Shown: positions 62,258 through 64,000 of the stretch, piece by piece | Layout: every line of letters starts with the position of its first letter | Numbering within the stretch: the stretch's first letter is position 1 | NCBI GenBank assembly: GCA_963677495.2 | Contig: CAXXOU010000004.1 | Span: 128,001 to 192,000, forward strand | Direction of reading: 5' to 3' | Source of the DNA: Candidatus Cloacimonadales bacterium | Lineage (GTDB): Bacteria > Cloacimonadota > Cloacimonadia > Cloacimonadales > JAFGVF01 | DNA length: 64,000 nt | Translations under genes and position numbers: made by a program | The notes under the pieces: model-generated | Databases searched by the model: none | Told to the model about the DNA's origin: nothing | What the model saw: the letters and a program-made list of their open reading frames with translations, nothing else

Positions 62258-63753
62258 ATGAAAAAGATTGTAGTTGTGTTATTAACAATAATGTATTGTG
62301 TAACTATATTACTTAATGCAGAGTTGAACGTTGAGATATCTACACAAAATCACATTGATTTACCTTACGATGTTGATTTTATTTTCTTAGAAGAGGATGT
62401 ATTTATTCATTTCTATGATATTGTTGAACAAGATGCAAATATCGAAGTATACCATTACGCGCTGAACAACGATCTGAATTTTACTCCTTATACACTACTT
62501 GAGTCAGTAAACACTCAAGGTTCTGGAATAGAAGATATTGAAATGAAACAAGTTTATGGCTCAGATTGTATTCATTTGATTTATTTAAATGACTCAAATA
62601 AACCTGAGAGAGTTACTATGATTTCTAACTTTGAGCAAGTTCAAGGGTCGATTGACCTCTCCTTAGTTGAGCATCCTATAAGAAAACACATATCAGTATC
62701 AGATTCTTTGTTTGCTTACCAAGCATATAGTCAGACCAGTTCAAGTTCTGTTTACTTTAAGCATAACATATCTACCAATGAAAGTGAAGTAGTTACATTT
62801 AGAGATGGAGCTCCAAGTTTGATAAGTATGGGGGATTATATTGTTATACCAGGAAGTTTTGATAATCCATCATTTCAGGGTTATTGCTTTTATAGTAGTC
62901 AATTCGAACTTGTTAATACAGTTGAACTCAATGATTATACTGAATACTCATATATGTGCCTTTCTGATATTGATTATAAAGAGATTCCATACGCAGATGG
63001 TTTTATAACTAGTTTTAGTGATTTTGGAGATCCTGATAACTGGCCAATTCTTTATATAAGACCTTTGAATAATGAACTTGAAGTTTCCGAAATAATCTCA
63101 GGTATATTTTCTAGCGTGAAAGTCACTTCCAATGAAAACATCTATTCACAAGTGTATATGAATTATGAGTATCACTTATTCCATTCAGTTTTTGGGAAAT
63201 CAGCTGGATAAATACTGATTTAAATGTATGTCAAACGAATCGATTACCAATTATTGTAGACGATCTATATATAACAACCTTTGAAAGCTCTGATATCCAT
63301 TTTACAATATTTGATAGTAATGGGATTGCTTTTGAGCAGTCATTACCATTAAATCATTCTTTAGGATTCCATCCTTTCTACTCTTTTAATAGGCTATTTT
63401 ACATAGATGCAAATCACGGTATCTCATATTTTGATTTCGGATATACTTATCCGAATTATGATGATGAGAATCCTGCATTAAGTATGATAACATCATCCAA
63501 CTATCCAAATCCGTTTAACCCAACAACCACTATTGAATACTCAGTACCAGAAACTGGAAATGTGAGCATTGATGTATACAACATCTTAGGTCAAAGAGTG
63601 AAAACACTGGTCAATTCAGAGCATTCAAAAGGTACTCATACTATCCAATGGGATGGGAAAGATGTTAATAATGCACTTTCTAGTGGGATATACTTCTATA
63701 AGGTATCGCAGAACGGTAAGAGTGTTACCAAGAAGATTGTGATGATGAAATAG
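62258..63753 (+). pseudogene. Paralog type B', split by a -1 frameshift near 63190-63200
   Basis: ORF 62258-63211. The -1 frame continues (EISWINTDL...YFDFGYTYPN) without a stop into the CTD ORF 63484-63753 and aligns with paralog B. Confidence 0.8.
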
Positions 63754-64000
63754 TCTCATGTTATAATTTCTATCTTGACATATCTTTAGCTACATATTTT
63801 GTCGCTTCAAGCATTGATTTTCAATGTAATAATTTAACTAACACACAGGAGGTGTTTACCGGCAACCTTGATTAGAAGAGGTTGTGTTGGAGCTGAATAA
63901 AACTAAGAAACATATTAGAAAAGATCAACGAAGTATGATCAGATTTTGTAATCTGACACACTTCATGAGGACTTATGTTTTTTAGAATTATCAATTAGCT

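Noticed and set aside
57393..63753. Diversity-generating retroelement
   Set aside because: No reverse transcriptase is present, the repeated 3' regions are all coding CTDs, and their differences are not adenine-specific
63775..64000. Gene or riboswitch at the window end (TTGACA, AGGAGG, small hairpins)
   Set aside because: The frames I tried close within a few codons to about 30, and I recognise no RNA motif. Downstream sequence is needed.

Overview
Low-GC chromosomal window from an anaerobic diderm bacterium. It is most likely Cloacimonadota or an FCB relative, inferred from many secreted proteins ending in a 'NYPNPFNPxTxI...KMxMxK' FlgD-Ig/T9SS-like C-terminal domain and from a standalone [FeFe]-hydrogenase. 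Housekeeping genes include lon, sppA-rng-rplU-rpmA, uvrB, ddl, a DEAD-box helicase, an OTCase, rlmD, zupT, HU, bS22 and four tRNAs. No transposase, integrase, Cas or reverse transcriptase is visible. The main points of interest are five. (1) A tightly coupled operon, ddl / secreted protein / FecR-domain protein / large outer-membrane protein / CHASE2 adenylate cyclase, that looks like a trans-envelope signalling route to cAMP. (2) Long intergenic regions built as mosaics of shared non-coding modules: several REP-like families, two 230-290 bp dispersed repeats, 11-bp helically phased arrays and an inverted DnaA-box pair. (3) An A-B-A'-B' array of secreted paralogs with divergent cores and strongly conserved C-termini. 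(4) Unusual domain architectures: HTH+HEAT, TonB_C+beta-barrel and a triple C1q-like protein. (5) Two single-base frameshifts that may be assembly errors. All family assignments were made by eye from motifs; no database searches were run.
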